From a virus: DNA of 64,000 nucleotides. The notes beneath the pieces are model-generated. The model was not told the DNA's origin. It did no database searches and worked only from the letters and a program-made list of their open reading frames with translations. Shown one piece after another: positions 19,176 to 29,041 of the stretch. Positions within the stretch are counted from its first letter, which is position 1. Each line of letters starts with the position of its first letter. Location: positions 122,694 to 186,693 of IMG/VR virus record IMGVR_UViG_3300035698_012504; one strand, 5' to 3'. The translations under genes and the position numbers were made by a program.

Positions 19176-19460
19176 ATGTTCACTCAGAAGGAAAGAGATG
19201 TAGTTGTATCTAAATTAGCTCCAATAGTACCACCTACAATAGGACCAAATGGAATTAGTACATTTAATAGTTGTAGAGAATTTATCAATGAACTATTAAC
19301 AAAGGATAAGAATCTTTCCGAAGTCGAACAAGCCCTGCTGAGAAGATACGAACAATCGCTAAAAGAAATAGCATTAATATCAGGACAATTAAACTATGCC
19401 TACTTGGATCAACTTGAAAAACTCCAAAAGAAAGTCAAAGTCAAAAAAATCCGCAGCTGA
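19176..19460 (+). CDS. hypothetical protein
   Basis: 94-aa ORF with SD TAGGATG upstream. Confidence 0.35.
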   Translation: MFTQKERDVVVSKLAPIVPPTIGPNGISTFNSCREFINELLTKDKNLSEVEQALLRRYEQSLKEIALISGQLNYAYLDQLEKLQKKVKVKKIRS

Positions 19461-19620
19461 ACCCCTAGATACTTTAGATCTTAATGATGCATCATCAGAT
19501 GAATTAATTAATGTATTACAGGAGCATGAGGAAGTATTAGAATCTATTGAGAGTAATGAACCTAACGAGGAAGTCAAACTAGAGTTGTTTGACGGTGGAG
19601 AAATCAGAAAGGACGGCTGA
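19396..19620 (+). CDS. hypothetical acidic protein
   Basis: 74-aa ORF in a different frame overlapping the previous ORF by 65 nt. Its end abuts the start of the next gene. Confidence 0.3.
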   Translation: MPTWINLKNSKRKSKSKKSAAEPLDTLDLNDASSDELINVLQEHEEVLESIESNEPNEEVKLELFDGGEIRKDG

Positions 19621-22253
19621 TGTATTTTAACATATGGCCAGAAGAACCAACTGAAAACTTTTCCTGGGCTATTTGTAAGAACCCCGAGTCCATCTTCATG
19701 AGAGAGATGGGTAAGGAAGGAAGACGAATAGCTGGGTGGTTTTCAGTCGATGAAAAGACTGGGCGACAATCATATCATGGGTCTGCAGTAAATGCGCCCC
19801 TATCATTTTTAGCAACTGCAAAGAAACTTAATCTACCAGCATATGTCCACAATCATATGACTTCAGTCTGTCCATATAACCTCAAAGCATTTGATGAAAT
19901 CCTCAGATCAGTAATGCGGGGAAGAAATGCATCTGGTGGACACTTAACTGATGAACAATTCTCAGAGAAAAGAATGTGGGGAGCATACATGGGACCATAT
20001 ACTGTGGACCATGAGTATGCCTCTTCATCATTTTCACAAGTAGGAATATCGTGTGTAGATACAATCGGTCTTCCTGGTGGAACACATATGTACTCACTAA
20101 ACTCAATAGAACCAATGTCCATAACAGAATTTCTCCAGAAGGTATATGTAGTAAGCTTTTATCTTTCATTCAATAGAGATAGCATTTACTCAATGGGTGA
20201 AGAACAAGTTGTTAAGTTTATAAATCTTTGTAAAGAATGGATAATGGATTGCCCAATCAAAAACATGATTGTAAATAAAATATGTAGATATAACAAGAAC
20301 CTTATTAAATTATTTGAAACTGGACTGATAGAAGGTATTGAAGACGAAGATCTTAGAGGTGAAATTGCCAAGAAAATAGATGAGAGATTTACACGGATAG
20401 GCCTTCATCAGAAGCGTCACGATCTTGTACTTGAGCTCATGAAAAATCTCCATGCAGATGGAAAGTTTAATACCTTTGTTGATCTTGGTTTCTCAGAAGG
20501 TAAACTATTGTATGCCCTCAGAGAACAAGAAGAGTTTAATTCAGTACGTGCAGTTGGTATAGAGCTAGAAGAGTATCGTGTTAGAAAAGCTCGAAAGAAA
20601 ATGAGAAATACGAATACCAAGTTGATACAATGTGATGCGATGTTCCCGAATATCACTGAAGTGGATGTTAATCCAGACGTATTAGCTTGTGTTGAATTCA
20701 TAGAACACTTCGACAGTGAAGATAGACGTAACCTCGTATCCATAATCAGGGACGTCTTCCAACCGAAGCATCTAGTACTGACTACACCGAACGTAGCATA
20801 TAATGATATAATAGGATTGGAAGAAGGAATATGGAGACATAGAGATCATAAGATAGAGTTCAACTACGATGAGTTTGTTGCCGAGGTAGTAATTCCTCTT
20901 GCGAAGAAATACACTGTGGAAATGCGCCTCCTTGTCCCAGAAGAAGAAATACAACCATCGTTCTGTTTAGTATGTACCCGAGTTGAAACTCCTATCAAGA
21001 AGAAAAAGAAGAGAGGGAGAGGTAGATCTCCTGTTAACCATCAAACAATATCAATAAGAAAATGGCAGGAGATGTATCAAGGAATTCACTTCAGTCGCGT
21101 AGGGTATACTGTCAGACCCAATGAGATAGCGAATGGATATTCATCTCGCGCATTCAGAATGAATGGAAAAAATATATTCTATCTTGCCCCAACAATAAGC
21201 CCGTGCGATTGGACTGAGGGAGCTCCAGACTTCTTAGAGCACCCTCTTTCTTGCTTTGAGTACTATAGAAACCGTGGAGTTACTAAGCTCATTGGTGAAG
21301 AAAAGTACATGGGTTCAAGAGGATATATACTATGCTTCAAAAATCCAGAGGATGCTAAGGCAGCTGGATACAGATTACCACTAGTTATAAATTCAAGAGG
21401 TGGGTTCCCATTCTTCACCGACGATGCCACACTGATGGCCATATGGGAAGAGCTCGCCCCTGCAATGAAATTTGATTTCATGGTACTAGATGCAGAGATC
21501 ATGCCCTGGAATTTGAAGGCTGGTAAGATGATTGATCGCCAGTTCAGACAGCCAGGTGAATGTGCATTTCTTTCTAGATCATACGCATCCGGAACCTCTC
21601 TGGAGGTTCCAAGCGATTACACCCAAAGTTCTGTAGACTTCCTAGAAACAGTAGACACATATGCTGCAGATTCCAGACTAGAAATAAGACCGTTCCATGT
21701 TCTAGCATATGGATCATGTGATCAGCATCCCAAAGGACTTAGGTTCAGAGATGTTGTGAATGGATTCTTTATGGATCATGGAAAACATCTAGAATTAATT
21801 CAAGATATCTCAAATACAAAAGGCGATGCCAGTTTCATTAAACATTGTGTTGGACATGTTGTATACTTACAAGAGCCGAAGTCAGTAGCAGATTCCATTG
21901 AGAGATGGATGAAGTATTGTGACAATGAAGTAGGCGAAGGATTCGTATACAAACCAATGGACTTCATGAGATATTCAGCGAATGGATATTACATTCAACC
22001 AGCAGTTAAAGTTCGAGGAAAGAGATACCTACAGATAGTATATGGTATCGACTATCTCCAACCTGATTATTTCGAACAATTAAAGAGAAGGGGAACGAAG
22101 AAGAAGAGAGTCCTTGCAGCTCAAGAGTTTGACGTGTCCCTCAATATGTTAACTGCATTCCTTAGAAGAGATCCGGTGATGCTTAAGCGGTACACTGCAG
22201 CGTTTATCGGAATGGAATCAGTAAACATGAGAGGTATTGACGCGACTCTTTAA
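19620..22253 (+). CDS. Hen1-like RNA 3'-terminal 2'-O-methyltransferase fused to an ATP-dependent RNA-ligase-like nucleotidyltransferase
   Basis: Methyltransferase motifs: FVDLGFSEGKLL (SAM motif I), LACVEFIEHF, LVLTTPNVAYN, WRHRDHKIEFNYDEF (Hen1 metal-site signature). Ligase-like motifs: EEKYMGSRGYI (motif I Lys), FMVLDAEIM (III), EGFVYKP (IV), VKVRGKRY (V). Confidence 0.65.
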   Translation: MYFNIWPEEPTENFSWAICKNPESIFMREMGKEGRRIAGWFSVDEKTGRQSYHGSAVNAPLSFLATAKKLNLPAYVHNHMTSVCPYNLKAFDEILRSVMRGRNASGGHLTDEQFSEKRMWGAYMGPYTVDHEYASSSFSQVGISCVDTIGLPGGTHMYSLNSIEPMSITEFLQKVYVVSFYLSFNRDSIYSMGEEQVVKFINLCKEWIMDCPIKNMIVNKICRYNKNLIKLFETGLIEGIEDEDLRGEIAKKIDERFTRIGLHQKRHDLVLELMKNLHADGKFNTFVDLGFSEGKLLYALREQEEFNSVRAVGIELEEYRVRKARKKMRNTNTKLIQCDAMFPNITEVDVNPDVLACVEFIEHFDSEDRRNLVSIIRDVFQPKHLVLTTPNVAYNDIIGLEEGIWRHRDHKIEFNYDEFVAEVVIPLAKKYTVEMRLLVPEEEIQPSFCLVCTRVETPIKKKKKRGRGRSPVNHQTISIRKWQEMYQGIHFSRVGYTVRPNEIANGYSSRAFRMNGKNIFYLAPTISPCDWTEGAPDFLEHPLSCFEYYRNRGVTKLIGEEKYMGSRGYILCFKNPEDAKAAGYRLPLVINSRGGFPFFTDDATLMAIWEELAPAMKFDFMVLDAEIMPWNLKAGKMIDRQFRQPGECAFLSRSYASGTSLEVPSDYTQSSVDFLETVDTYAADSRLEIRPFHVLAYGSCDQHPKGLRFRDVVNGFFMDHGKHLELIQDISNTKGDASFIKHCVGHVVYLQEPKSVADSIERWMKYCDNEVGEGFVYKPMDFMRYSANGYYIQPAVKVRGKRYLQIVYGIDYLQPDYFEQLKRRGTKKKRVLAAQEFDVSLNMLTAFLRRDPVMLKRYTAAFIGMESVNMRGIDATL

Positions 22254-22264
22254 CAATACAATTT

Positions 22265-22292
22265 CCAGGGGGAGGAATGGTTCTCCCCCTGG
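22265..22292 (+). terminator. GC-rich hairpin CCAGGGGGAGG-loop-TCTCCCCCTGG
   Basis: 11-bp stem immediately after the stop of the 19620-22253 gene. No U tract. Confidence 0.35.
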
Positions 22293-22313
22293 CACCCTTA
22301 AAGGAGACATCTA

Positions 22314-22802
22314 ATGGGTAGTATATCAGACGGACGAGACAAACCAATTAATGGATTTTTTAATCAATATGAATTCCTATCTAATTTTCATCCCGCTCCT
22401 GTAGAATTTGAAGGGGTAATCTATCCAACTGTAGAAAATGCGTATCAGGCTGCGAAAAGCAGAGACCCAAAAACAAGAGAGAGATTTGTAAATATTACTC
22501 CTGGCCAAGCAAAGAAACTAGGGCAGGAAATAGAAATAAGAGAGGATTGGGAAGCAGTTAAATTAGGGGTCATGTTCATATTATTATTTGAAAAAATTGA
22601 CGAACATGAAGATCTGCTGGAGAAATTAGTAGAGACTGGAAATGCACATCTAGAAGAGACAAATACATGGGATGATAAATACTGGGGAGTATGTGATGGT
22701 GTAGGTGAAAATCATTTAGGTATTTTATTAATGACAGTACGAGGAGCTATTGCAATTGAGAGAGGTATTATATTACAATGTGGATCATCTGCATCCTCTT
22801 AG
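22314..22802 (+). CDS. NADAR (YbiA/DUF1768) domain protein
   Basis: FFNQYEFLSNFHPAPVEFEGVIYPTVENAYQAAK, the NADAR signature (SNF..P....G..Y.S.E..FQA.K). Confidence 0.8.
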   Translation: MGSISDGRDKPINGFFNQYEFLSNFHPAPVEFEGVIYPTVENAYQAAKSRDPKTRERFVNITPGQAKKLGQEIEIREDWEAVKLGVMFILLFEKIDEHEDLLEKLVETGNAHLEETNTWDDKYWGVCDGVGENHLGILLMTVRGAIAIERGIILQCGSSASS

Positions 22803-23092
22803 GATCATTGCTCCTTCTTAAACTTAATATTAGTTTCTCTAATTGGGACATCACTTTAATAAATACATTAAAGCTTACACCTGTTATCATACTCGCTAAC
22901 TATTTATATTGGGTAGCATTTCAAAGAGGACCAACAATATTTGTGGTTTGGATTATAGCTACGGGATGTATATCAGTTCTTTCATTTCTTTATTCCATTT
23001 ACTTCGACAACCAATTAATTAATTTAAAATTGATAGTAGGATCACTAATGATACTACTTGGAAGTTACATCCTGACGACGACAACTAGCTAA
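22778..23092 (+). CDS. small multi-pass membrane protein
   Basis: 104 aa with three or four hydrophobic helices (IICILLGSLLLL..., VIILANYLYWV..., IFVVWIIATGCISVLSF..., LIVGSLMILLGSYIL). Confidence 0.4.
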   Translation: MWIICILLGSLLLLKLNISFSNWDITLINTLKLTPVIILANYLYWVAFQRGPTIFVVWIIATGCISVLSFLYSIYFDNQLINLKLIVGSLMILLGSYILTTTTS

Positions 23093-23104
23093 GGAGAAAG
23101 AAGA

Positions 23105-24346
23105 ATGGAAAGAGAAAGTTCATTACACCGGGTAACAAAAGGTAAATTCCTTAAGATGTATCTTACCCATTATGGTTATCTTTATAGATTGATGACTGAT
23201 TGCCTGCACTCCCATGAAGGGGAGCCGAACCGATACCATCTAGAGGATAATCTATGGACTCATACCATGTTAGTATTCAATGGACTGAATCTTTTCGATC
23301 CTTCTCTCTGTTACAACGGTATAAATATAAGTGATGTGGGAAATAAAGTAATTTTGACTGCAGCTTTGGTCCATGACTATGGAAAGATTTCACGTAGGCA
23401 ACCCAATAGAAAAGGGGACGGCGTGGCTTTCTATGGACATGGTCAAGCAGGCACACAGTTTGCAGCAGAGGTGTGTCACAAATTGTTTGGGGACGATCCT
23501 GATTTTGGTCTCATTCTACATTGCGTAACATTACTTACAAGTAGACACATTGATGCTTATCAATTGAAAGATAAAGGAAATATTGAAGGATTTTGTAACA
23601 ATTCATGGTTCATTACTGAATGCTTCAATAGATTATTAAGTGCTGATGAATATGGTCAGATCACCGATGATGACAATGATCGGATGAAGAATCCTGACCT
23701 CAGGTCGAACCAATTTACCATAGCGATTCAATCCCTACGGGAATGTGGGGTAGACCCTATATTAGATTTAAATAGAGAAATCTATTTAAATAAAGATGGT
23801 TCCAAATTAAAAGAAGACGATGATATTAATGGATGTATATTTTGTGGAGCTCCGGGCGTAGGGAAAGACTACCTCGCATTAAAATTAGGGTTCAAAATAT
23901 TTAGCTTCGATGATATCAGAGTAGCCGAATATATTAAAGAACATCCTGAGGCAGTTGATTCCTGCGACCCGGACACTTTATATAATGAAGCATACAGATG
24001 GTGCAACTCTAATAAGGTTGACTTAATGGCCTTGCTACGGAATGCGATTGTAGAATTCAGAGCAATCAATGGTACAGATGCGAAAATAGCAATATGTAAT
24101 ACGAGTCTTACGGTTAAATCTCGTAAGCAATTATTCAGTCTCTTGAAGAAAATACTAGGAAAAACATCCAAGATAGGATGTAAGTTTATAATATGTAACA
24201 CAAAAGATTACATTGCAAGAGATGCAGATAGAAAAGAGAAAACTGTAAAAGAACATGTAATAAATTGGATGATTCCTAAAATGAGTATCCCTACTCAGCG
24301 AGAAGGATTTCATAAAGTTGAGGTGATCTGGAACGACACCGAATAG
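23105..24346 (+). CDS. HD-domain phosphohydrolase fused to a T4 Pnk-like P-loop polynucleotide kinase (RNA end-healing candidate)
   Basis: HD motifs HTMLVF...TAALVHDYGKIS. Kinase motifs CGAPGVGKDYLALKLG (Walker A), FDDIR, IAICNTSLTVKSRKQ (T4 Pnk ISDTNLNPERR-like). Confidence 0.65.
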   Translation: MERESSLHRVTKGKFLKMYLTHYGYLYRLMTDCLHSHEGEPNRYHLEDNLWTHTMLVFNGLNLFDPSLCYNGINISDVGNKVILTAALVHDYGKISRRQPNRKGDGVAFYGHGQAGTQFAAEVCHKLFGDDPDFGLILHCVTLLTSRHIDAYQLKDKGNIEGFCNNSWFITECFNRLLSADEYGQITDDDNDRMKNPDLRSNQFTIAIQSLRECGVDPILDLNREIYLNKDGSKLKEDDDINGCIFCGAPGVGKDYLALKLGFKIFSFDDIRVAEYIKEHPEAVDSCDPDTLYNEAYRWCNSNKVDLMALLRNAIVEFRAINGTDAKIAICNTSLTVKSRKQLFSLLKKILGKTSKIGCKFIICNTKDYIARDADRKEKTVKEHVINWMIPKMSIPTQREGFHKVEVIWNDTE

Positions 24347-24358
24347 AAAGGAATATTA

Positions 24359-25093
24359 ATGGGATTAGATGTATCTTTATATAAATTGAATGGTGTTACG
24401 TATGATGAAATTATTGAAATGTCCAATGATTCTGATGAAGATCGCTGGGAAGAAATCGATGCAGCTAAAGAATCAATAGGAATAGATTCTAAATTATATC
24501 CTGATGAGTTATTTAAGATTGGATATTTTAGAAGTAGTTATAATGAAGCAGGAATTAATAGAGTATTGGATCAAAGAATAGGTAAATCATTACCAGATAT
24601 ATTTCCTGGTAAAGTTAAAGATGAATATCATGTTCGAGTTGATTGGGAACAATCATTACGATTAGCCACAGAAGTAAAAGAAGAATTCATAAAATTTGTA
24701 GAGTTATATGGTGACTTTACAATCATGACTGTGAACATGATTAATCCATTCCAACAGGCTCCAAGATCATCAGTATCTGATTCCGATGCCTTAAAAACAT
24801 TTATAGATGTAAAAGAAAAACATAAAGAGCCAAGTCCCTTTGGATCAAATTGGTTTAATAGCAACGAGGGAACATTTTTCTTAGACGATTCTCCCACAAT
24901 ACTTGCTGTCATCCCTGGCCAGAGCGTCATGGGTTCTCAAGTAATTCATCTTATAATCGAGAGTAAACGAGATGAGAATGGTGAACTAGCTTTAGATAGT
25001 TATGTTAGATCATTAGAGATCGTAGAAGAAACTTGCCAGTGGGTATTGACACAAGAAGACCCAACCAAATACATACTAGGTTGGTCAGGATAG
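24359..25093 (+). CDS. hypothetical protein
   Basis: 244-aa ORF. Confidence 0.4.
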   Translation: MGLDVSLYKLNGVTYDEIIEMSNDSDEDRWEEIDAAKESIGIDSKLYPDELFKIGYFRSSYNEAGINRVLDQRIGKSLPDIFPGKVKDEYHVRVDWEQSLRLATEVKEEFIKFVELYGDFTIMTVNMINPFQQAPRSSVSDSDALKTFIDVKEKHKEPSPFGSNWFNSNEGTFFLDDSPTILAVIPGQSVMGSQVIHLIIESKRDENGELALDSYVRSLEIVEETCQWVLTQEDPTKYILGWSG

Positions 25094-25099
25094 GAAACA

Positions 25100-25993
25100 A
25101 TGGGAGCAGTAACAGCTAAACTAAAAGAGAAGGGAGTGATTCAACCTCCCCCATTTTTACTAGATAATATACATTATGAAACCATGATGGGTAGTCATGC
25201 CTATGCAGTAAACAATTCCGATTCTGATGTAGATATATATGGGTTTTGTATACCCCCAAAAGAAATTATATTTCCACATCTAGGTGGAGACATAGTTGGG
25301 TTTGGACTGCAGAAGAAAAGGTTCGAGCAGTTTCAAGCACACGCAGCAGTCGATCCTGACACTGGTGTAGATTATGATATTACCATATATAGTATAGTCA
25401 AATACTTTCATTTATGTATGTTAAATAATCCTAATATGATTGATTCATTATTTACATCTAGACGTTGTGTATTGCATGCAACTAAAGTAGCAAACATTGT
25501 AAAAGAAAACAGAAAGTTGTTTCTTCATAAGGGTAGCTGGCACAGGTTTAAGAACTATGCCTACTCCCAAATAAATCAAATAAGAACTAAGAATCCAAAA
25601 GGAAAAAGAAAACAATTGGTAGAACAATTTGGGTATGATGTTAAGTATGCATACCATCTTGTTAGACTGATGTGTGAGGTTGAACAAATTCTTTTGGAAC
25701 ATGATATAGATCTTGAAAGAAACAGAGAACAACTTAAATCAATAAGAAGAGGAGAATGGACTAAAGAAGATGTATTCGACTGGTTTTCTAAGAAAGAAAA
25801 AATACTGGAAGAAATATATGTCAAGTCTGATCTCCGAGAAGAAGCAGAAGAAGATGCTATCAAGCAACTACTAATGGATTGTTTAGAAGAACACTATGGA
25901 TCATTGGATGGAGTGATCGTTACTCCTAGTAAATCTGGTAAAATTCTAGACGATTTAGAAGGGCTTCTTCACAAACATAGAATGTATGAATGA
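25100..25993 (+). CDS. predicted nucleotidyltransferase (Pol-beta superfamily, PF10127-like)
   Basis: MGSHAYAVNNSDSDVDIYGF matches the GS-x(9-13)-DxD nucleotidyltransferase signature. Confidence 0.6.
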   Translation: MGAVTAKLKEKGVIQPPPFLLDNIHYETMMGSHAYAVNNSDSDVDIYGFCIPPKEIIFPHLGGDIVGFGLQKKRFEQFQAHAAVDPDTGVDYDITIYSIVKYFHLCMLNNPNMIDSLFTSRRCVLHATKVANIVKENRKLFLHKGSWHRFKNYAYSQINQIRTKNPKGKRKQLVEQFGYDVKYAYHLVRLMCEVEQILLEHDIDLERNREQLKSIRRGEWTKEDVFDWFSKKEKILEEIYVKSDLREEAEEDAIKQLLMDCLEEHYGSLDGVIVTPSKSGKILDDLEGLLHKHRMYE

Positions 25994-26008
25994 ATGGAAA
26001 AATAATTT

Positions 26009-26776
26009 ATGTTTAAATATGGAGAAGTAATTTGGATTGTTAAATCCAATAAAGAAAATAATATAATCGAATTACAGGGTCCTCTTGTAGTGGGGAGAAA
26101 GGACTCAGACCACATTTACTTTAATGGTAATAAACGAATATCTACTTTTGATATATCTTCTGGAAAAGTAAAGTGTTATTCTAATCCCGAAGAAGCAATG
26201 ATCTCTTATAAGAAGCTGGCACTTACTGAAGGTCTACTTGACCCAGATGGAGATAAATTTGGATGGGCACGGGTAAGTCCTGAACCAAGAAAAGAAGATG
26301 ATATATCTGCAGATGAATCTCCATCAAGTATTACAGATCTATTAAGAGAAAAAGAAAGAGAAGTAACCACACCCGATAACCATACAATTCCTGTTAGAGA
26401 TGGATATAATTCTTTTCCTACTGGCCCACATTGGGAGCAACTCCAAAGGGGCCTGGCGGAAGGAATTGCAACCGATATAGATAGAAATATTATAGATGAT
26501 ATCGTTAACTTCCATCCTCCTTTTTACATATCTGACTATGGAACGGCTACAGATTCTACTGGCGGTTATAGTAGTACTGGTAGTATTAGGGATTATAATA
26601 GAATAGATCTAAGTAACTATATAACTGGTGGGTATACATCCATTCAATCTTATGTTACTCCTGTTGCTCCTCTTGAGCGCATTAATGTTACATTCACAAT
26701 TGATGGTACCATCGACACAAGTACAGAAGTAGATCTAGGGACAGAAGTAGAGACAGAAGAGGAGGAGATTGATTAG
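26009..26776 (+). CDS. hypothetical protein with acidic C-terminus
   Basis: 255 aa. Ends ...TEVETEEEEID. Confidence 0.4.
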   Translation: MFKYGEVIWIVKSNKENNIIELQGPLVVGRKDSDHIYFNGNKRISTFDISSGKVKCYSNPEEAMISYKKLALTEGLLDPDGDKFGWARVSPEPRKEDDISADESPSSITDLLREKEREVTTPDNHTIPVRDGYNSFPTGPHWEQLQRGLAEGIATDIDRNIIDDIVNFHPPFYISDYGTATDSTGGYSSTGSIRDYNRIDLSNYITGGYTSIQSYVTPVAPLERINVTFTIDGTIDTSTEVDLGTEVETEEEEID

Positions 26777-26778
26777 TT

Positions 26779-27330
26779 ATGTTTGGTAAAAACCAGCCAC
26801 AGTTTTTTGTTACTCGTATACATAACGAATACTTAAAAATTACTGGTCATCATAGTCTCTTCAGCGTCGTAAATGATATTGTTAACCCTAGAATTTTTAA
26901 TTATTTAGACATACAATATAGCTATGCATCTCAAATTAATATCCTCTTAGCTTCTCCTGATATGGTTAAGGGAATCATACGAGACGTACAATACGATGAG
27001 GGTTTACACCGTTCTATATTAGAGTTATCAATAAGTCAGTTAGAATGGTTAGGATATGACCCAAATAGATTATCATTAAAGATAGATCTATTTCAGGGAC
27101 CATTCCCGACTGTAATATCCCCTAGAAACTTTTACACATATGTAGCATTATCTGGGTTTAAATTAAAAGATATCGAGGTTAAATCAGGAATGATGTATAA
27201 AAAATATTATACCAATTGGTTATGTAGATTCTATTGGAACAATAGAAAAGATTATGGTTTGGTTTATAATAACAAACTTTCTATACCAAACTATATTAGT
27301 GAGCTATTTGATGGAGGAATTATAATTTAG
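26779..27330 (+). CDS. hypothetical protein
   Basis: 183-aa ORF. Confidence 0.4.
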   Translation: MFGKNQPQFFVTRIHNEYLKITGHHSLFSVVNDIVNPRIFNYLDIQYSYASQINILLASPDMVKGIIRDVQYDEGLHRSILELSISQLEWLGYDPNRLSLKIDLFQGPFPTVISPRNFYTYVALSGFKLKDIEVKSGMMYKKYYTNWLCRFYWNNRKDYGLVYNNKLSIPNYISELFDGGIII

Positions 27331-27354
27331 ATTCCTTATCACTACTGGAGAATT

Positions 27355-28008
27355 ATGGAAATAAAAACTAAAAAACAAGCTAATGAAATTACAGGTGGAT
27401 TATCATCACCAAGTAAGATGCCCGGTAAGTCATGGGCGATTCCTGCTAGTTCGTGTAAACGTGGATCCAACTTAAGAAATAAAAAGAATTCTATCTGCAG
27501 TAAATGTTATGCATCTAAGAATAGATATACGTTTACAACTGTTATAAAGGCAGGAGAAAGAAGACTCGACACTATATCTGATCCTAACTGGGCCGATGCT
27601 ATGGTCGTTCTAATAAAAGGTGAAAAATATTTTAGATGGTTTGATAGTGGTGATCTACAAAACGTTAAACATCTAAGAAAAATAGTTGAGGTTGCTGAAA
27701 GAACTCCCAATTGCAAACATAGACTTCCAACAAAAGAAGTAGGGACTGTTAAACTATTTCTAAAAGCTGGTGGGGTAATTCCAGATAATTTAAACATAAG
27801 AATCAGCGCAGATTATATTAGTCAATTGCCAGCTGAAGTACCAGATGGATGCAATATATCTACATGTTCTGTAGATGGAAAAATGCTAGGGGTCGGAGCT
27901 TATAATTGCCCTGCTACATTTAGAGAAGGTGTGAAATCTTGTAGTGATGCAAAATGTTATAGATGTTGGAACAAGAGTCAATATCATATAAATTATAAGT
28001 TACATTAA
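27355..28008 (+). CDS. hypothetical Cys-rich protein
   Basis: 217 aa with several Cys clusters (SSCKRG...ICSKCY; CNISTCS; CPATFREGVKSCSDAKCYRCW). Confidence 0.4.
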   Translation: MEIKTKKQANEITGGLSSPSKMPGKSWAIPASSCKRGSNLRNKKNSICSKCYASKNRYTFTTVIKAGERRLDTISDPNWADAMVVLIKGEKYFRWFDSGDLQNVKHLRKIVEVAERTPNCKHRLPTKEVGTVKLFLKAGGVIPDNLNIRISADYISQLPAEVPDGCNISTCSVDGKMLGVGAYNCPATFREGVKSCSDAKCYRCWNKSQYHINYKLH

Positions 28009-28024
28009 ACCATTGGAGAATTAA

Positions 28025-29041
28025 ATGAAGTTTATTTTTACTGCCGACATTCATCTTAAGTGGTGGCAAGATAGGGACCACGATGAGAATGGAGTTCCTA
28101 TGAAATTAGTAGAGACTTTAAATGCATTTGAAGACATGTGTAAGTATGCTGTAGAACATAAGATAGAAAAGATTATAATTGGAGGAGATTTAAATGATAC
28201 AAAATCTACAGTTAATACTAGATCATTTGTATTGTTTAGAAAAATACTTGAGAAATATGAAAAAGAATATACACAACTAACATTTATATTCATCCCAGGC
28301 AATCATGACCTCACAGCAAAATTCACATACAATAATGCTGTAGATCTAATGGTAGGTCCTAGTAATGTATTAGTATACAATGATCCTACTGTGATAGATG
28401 ATATAACTCTTATACCCTGGAACTATAACATAGCAGATGAAATTTATAAAGCAGATAGAAATAGAATTTTAATATCTCACTTCGGTTTATCTGATGCTAA
28501 ACTAAGTTCTGGTATATCTATTCGTGCTAATTTATCGTCCGATGATCTGAAGAAATTTGATCTGGTTCTACTGGGTCATTATCATAAGCCTCAGACAATT
28601 GGACATGTTCACTACGTAGGGTCACCTATCCCATTTAAACGGGATGAAGCAGAAGAAGAAAAGAGATTCCTAGTTGTCGACACCGCTACCTTAGAGGTTG
28701 AGTCTATACCAACCAAAGGGTATAGACAATATAGAATAGTAGAGATCACTGAGGAATCAGATGTTAGAGAATTAAATGAATTAATAAGATCATATAAAGA
28801 AAATGGTGACTTTATAATAGTAAAGAAAAGAGTTAAGACTCTTCCTAAATCATTAGAAGAATTCAAAGACATACAACTTCTAGATTTATATGAGGAAGAT
28901 CATCAGATGAGAGGGATAACTTCCTCTATGAATATAGAAGATCAAATGAAACAATATATGAAGATCAAAGAAGTTCCAGACAATGAAAGAGACAAGCATC
29001 TACGGATCGCAGTGAGGGCCATATCAGATGACAGCGGATAA
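28025..29041 (+). CDS. Mre11/SbcD-like nuclease (calcineurin-like phosphoesterase; T4 gp47 analogue)
   Basis: FTADIHL (motif I), IIGGDLND (II), FIPGNHDL (III), LLGHYHKPQ (IV). Confidence 0.85.
   Translation: MKFIFTADIHLKWWQDRDHDENGVPMKLVETLNAFEDMCKYAVEHKIEKIIIGGDLNDTKSTVNTRSFVLFRKILEKYEKEYTQLTFIFIPGNHDLTAKFTYNNAVDLMVGPSNVLVYNDPTVIDDITLIPWNYNIADEIYKADRNRILISHFGLSDAKLSSGISIRANLSSDDLKKFDLVLLGHYHKPQTIGHVHYVGSPIPFKRDEAEEEKRFLVVDTATLEVESIPTKGYRQYRIVEITEESDVRELNELIRSYKENGDFIIVKKRVKTLPKSLEEFKDIQLLDLYEEDHQMRGITSSMNIEDQMKQYMKIKEVPDNERDKHLRIAVRAISDDSG

Noticed and set aside
19430-19450. Possible programmed frameshift at CAAAAAAATCC joining ORFs 19176-19460 and 19396-19620
   Set aside because: Joining them would require a +1 rather than the common -1 shift. 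There is no recognisable slippery heptamer plus downstream structure, and the products have no identifiable homology to support a fusion. More likely two small overlapping genes, or a mis-called start.
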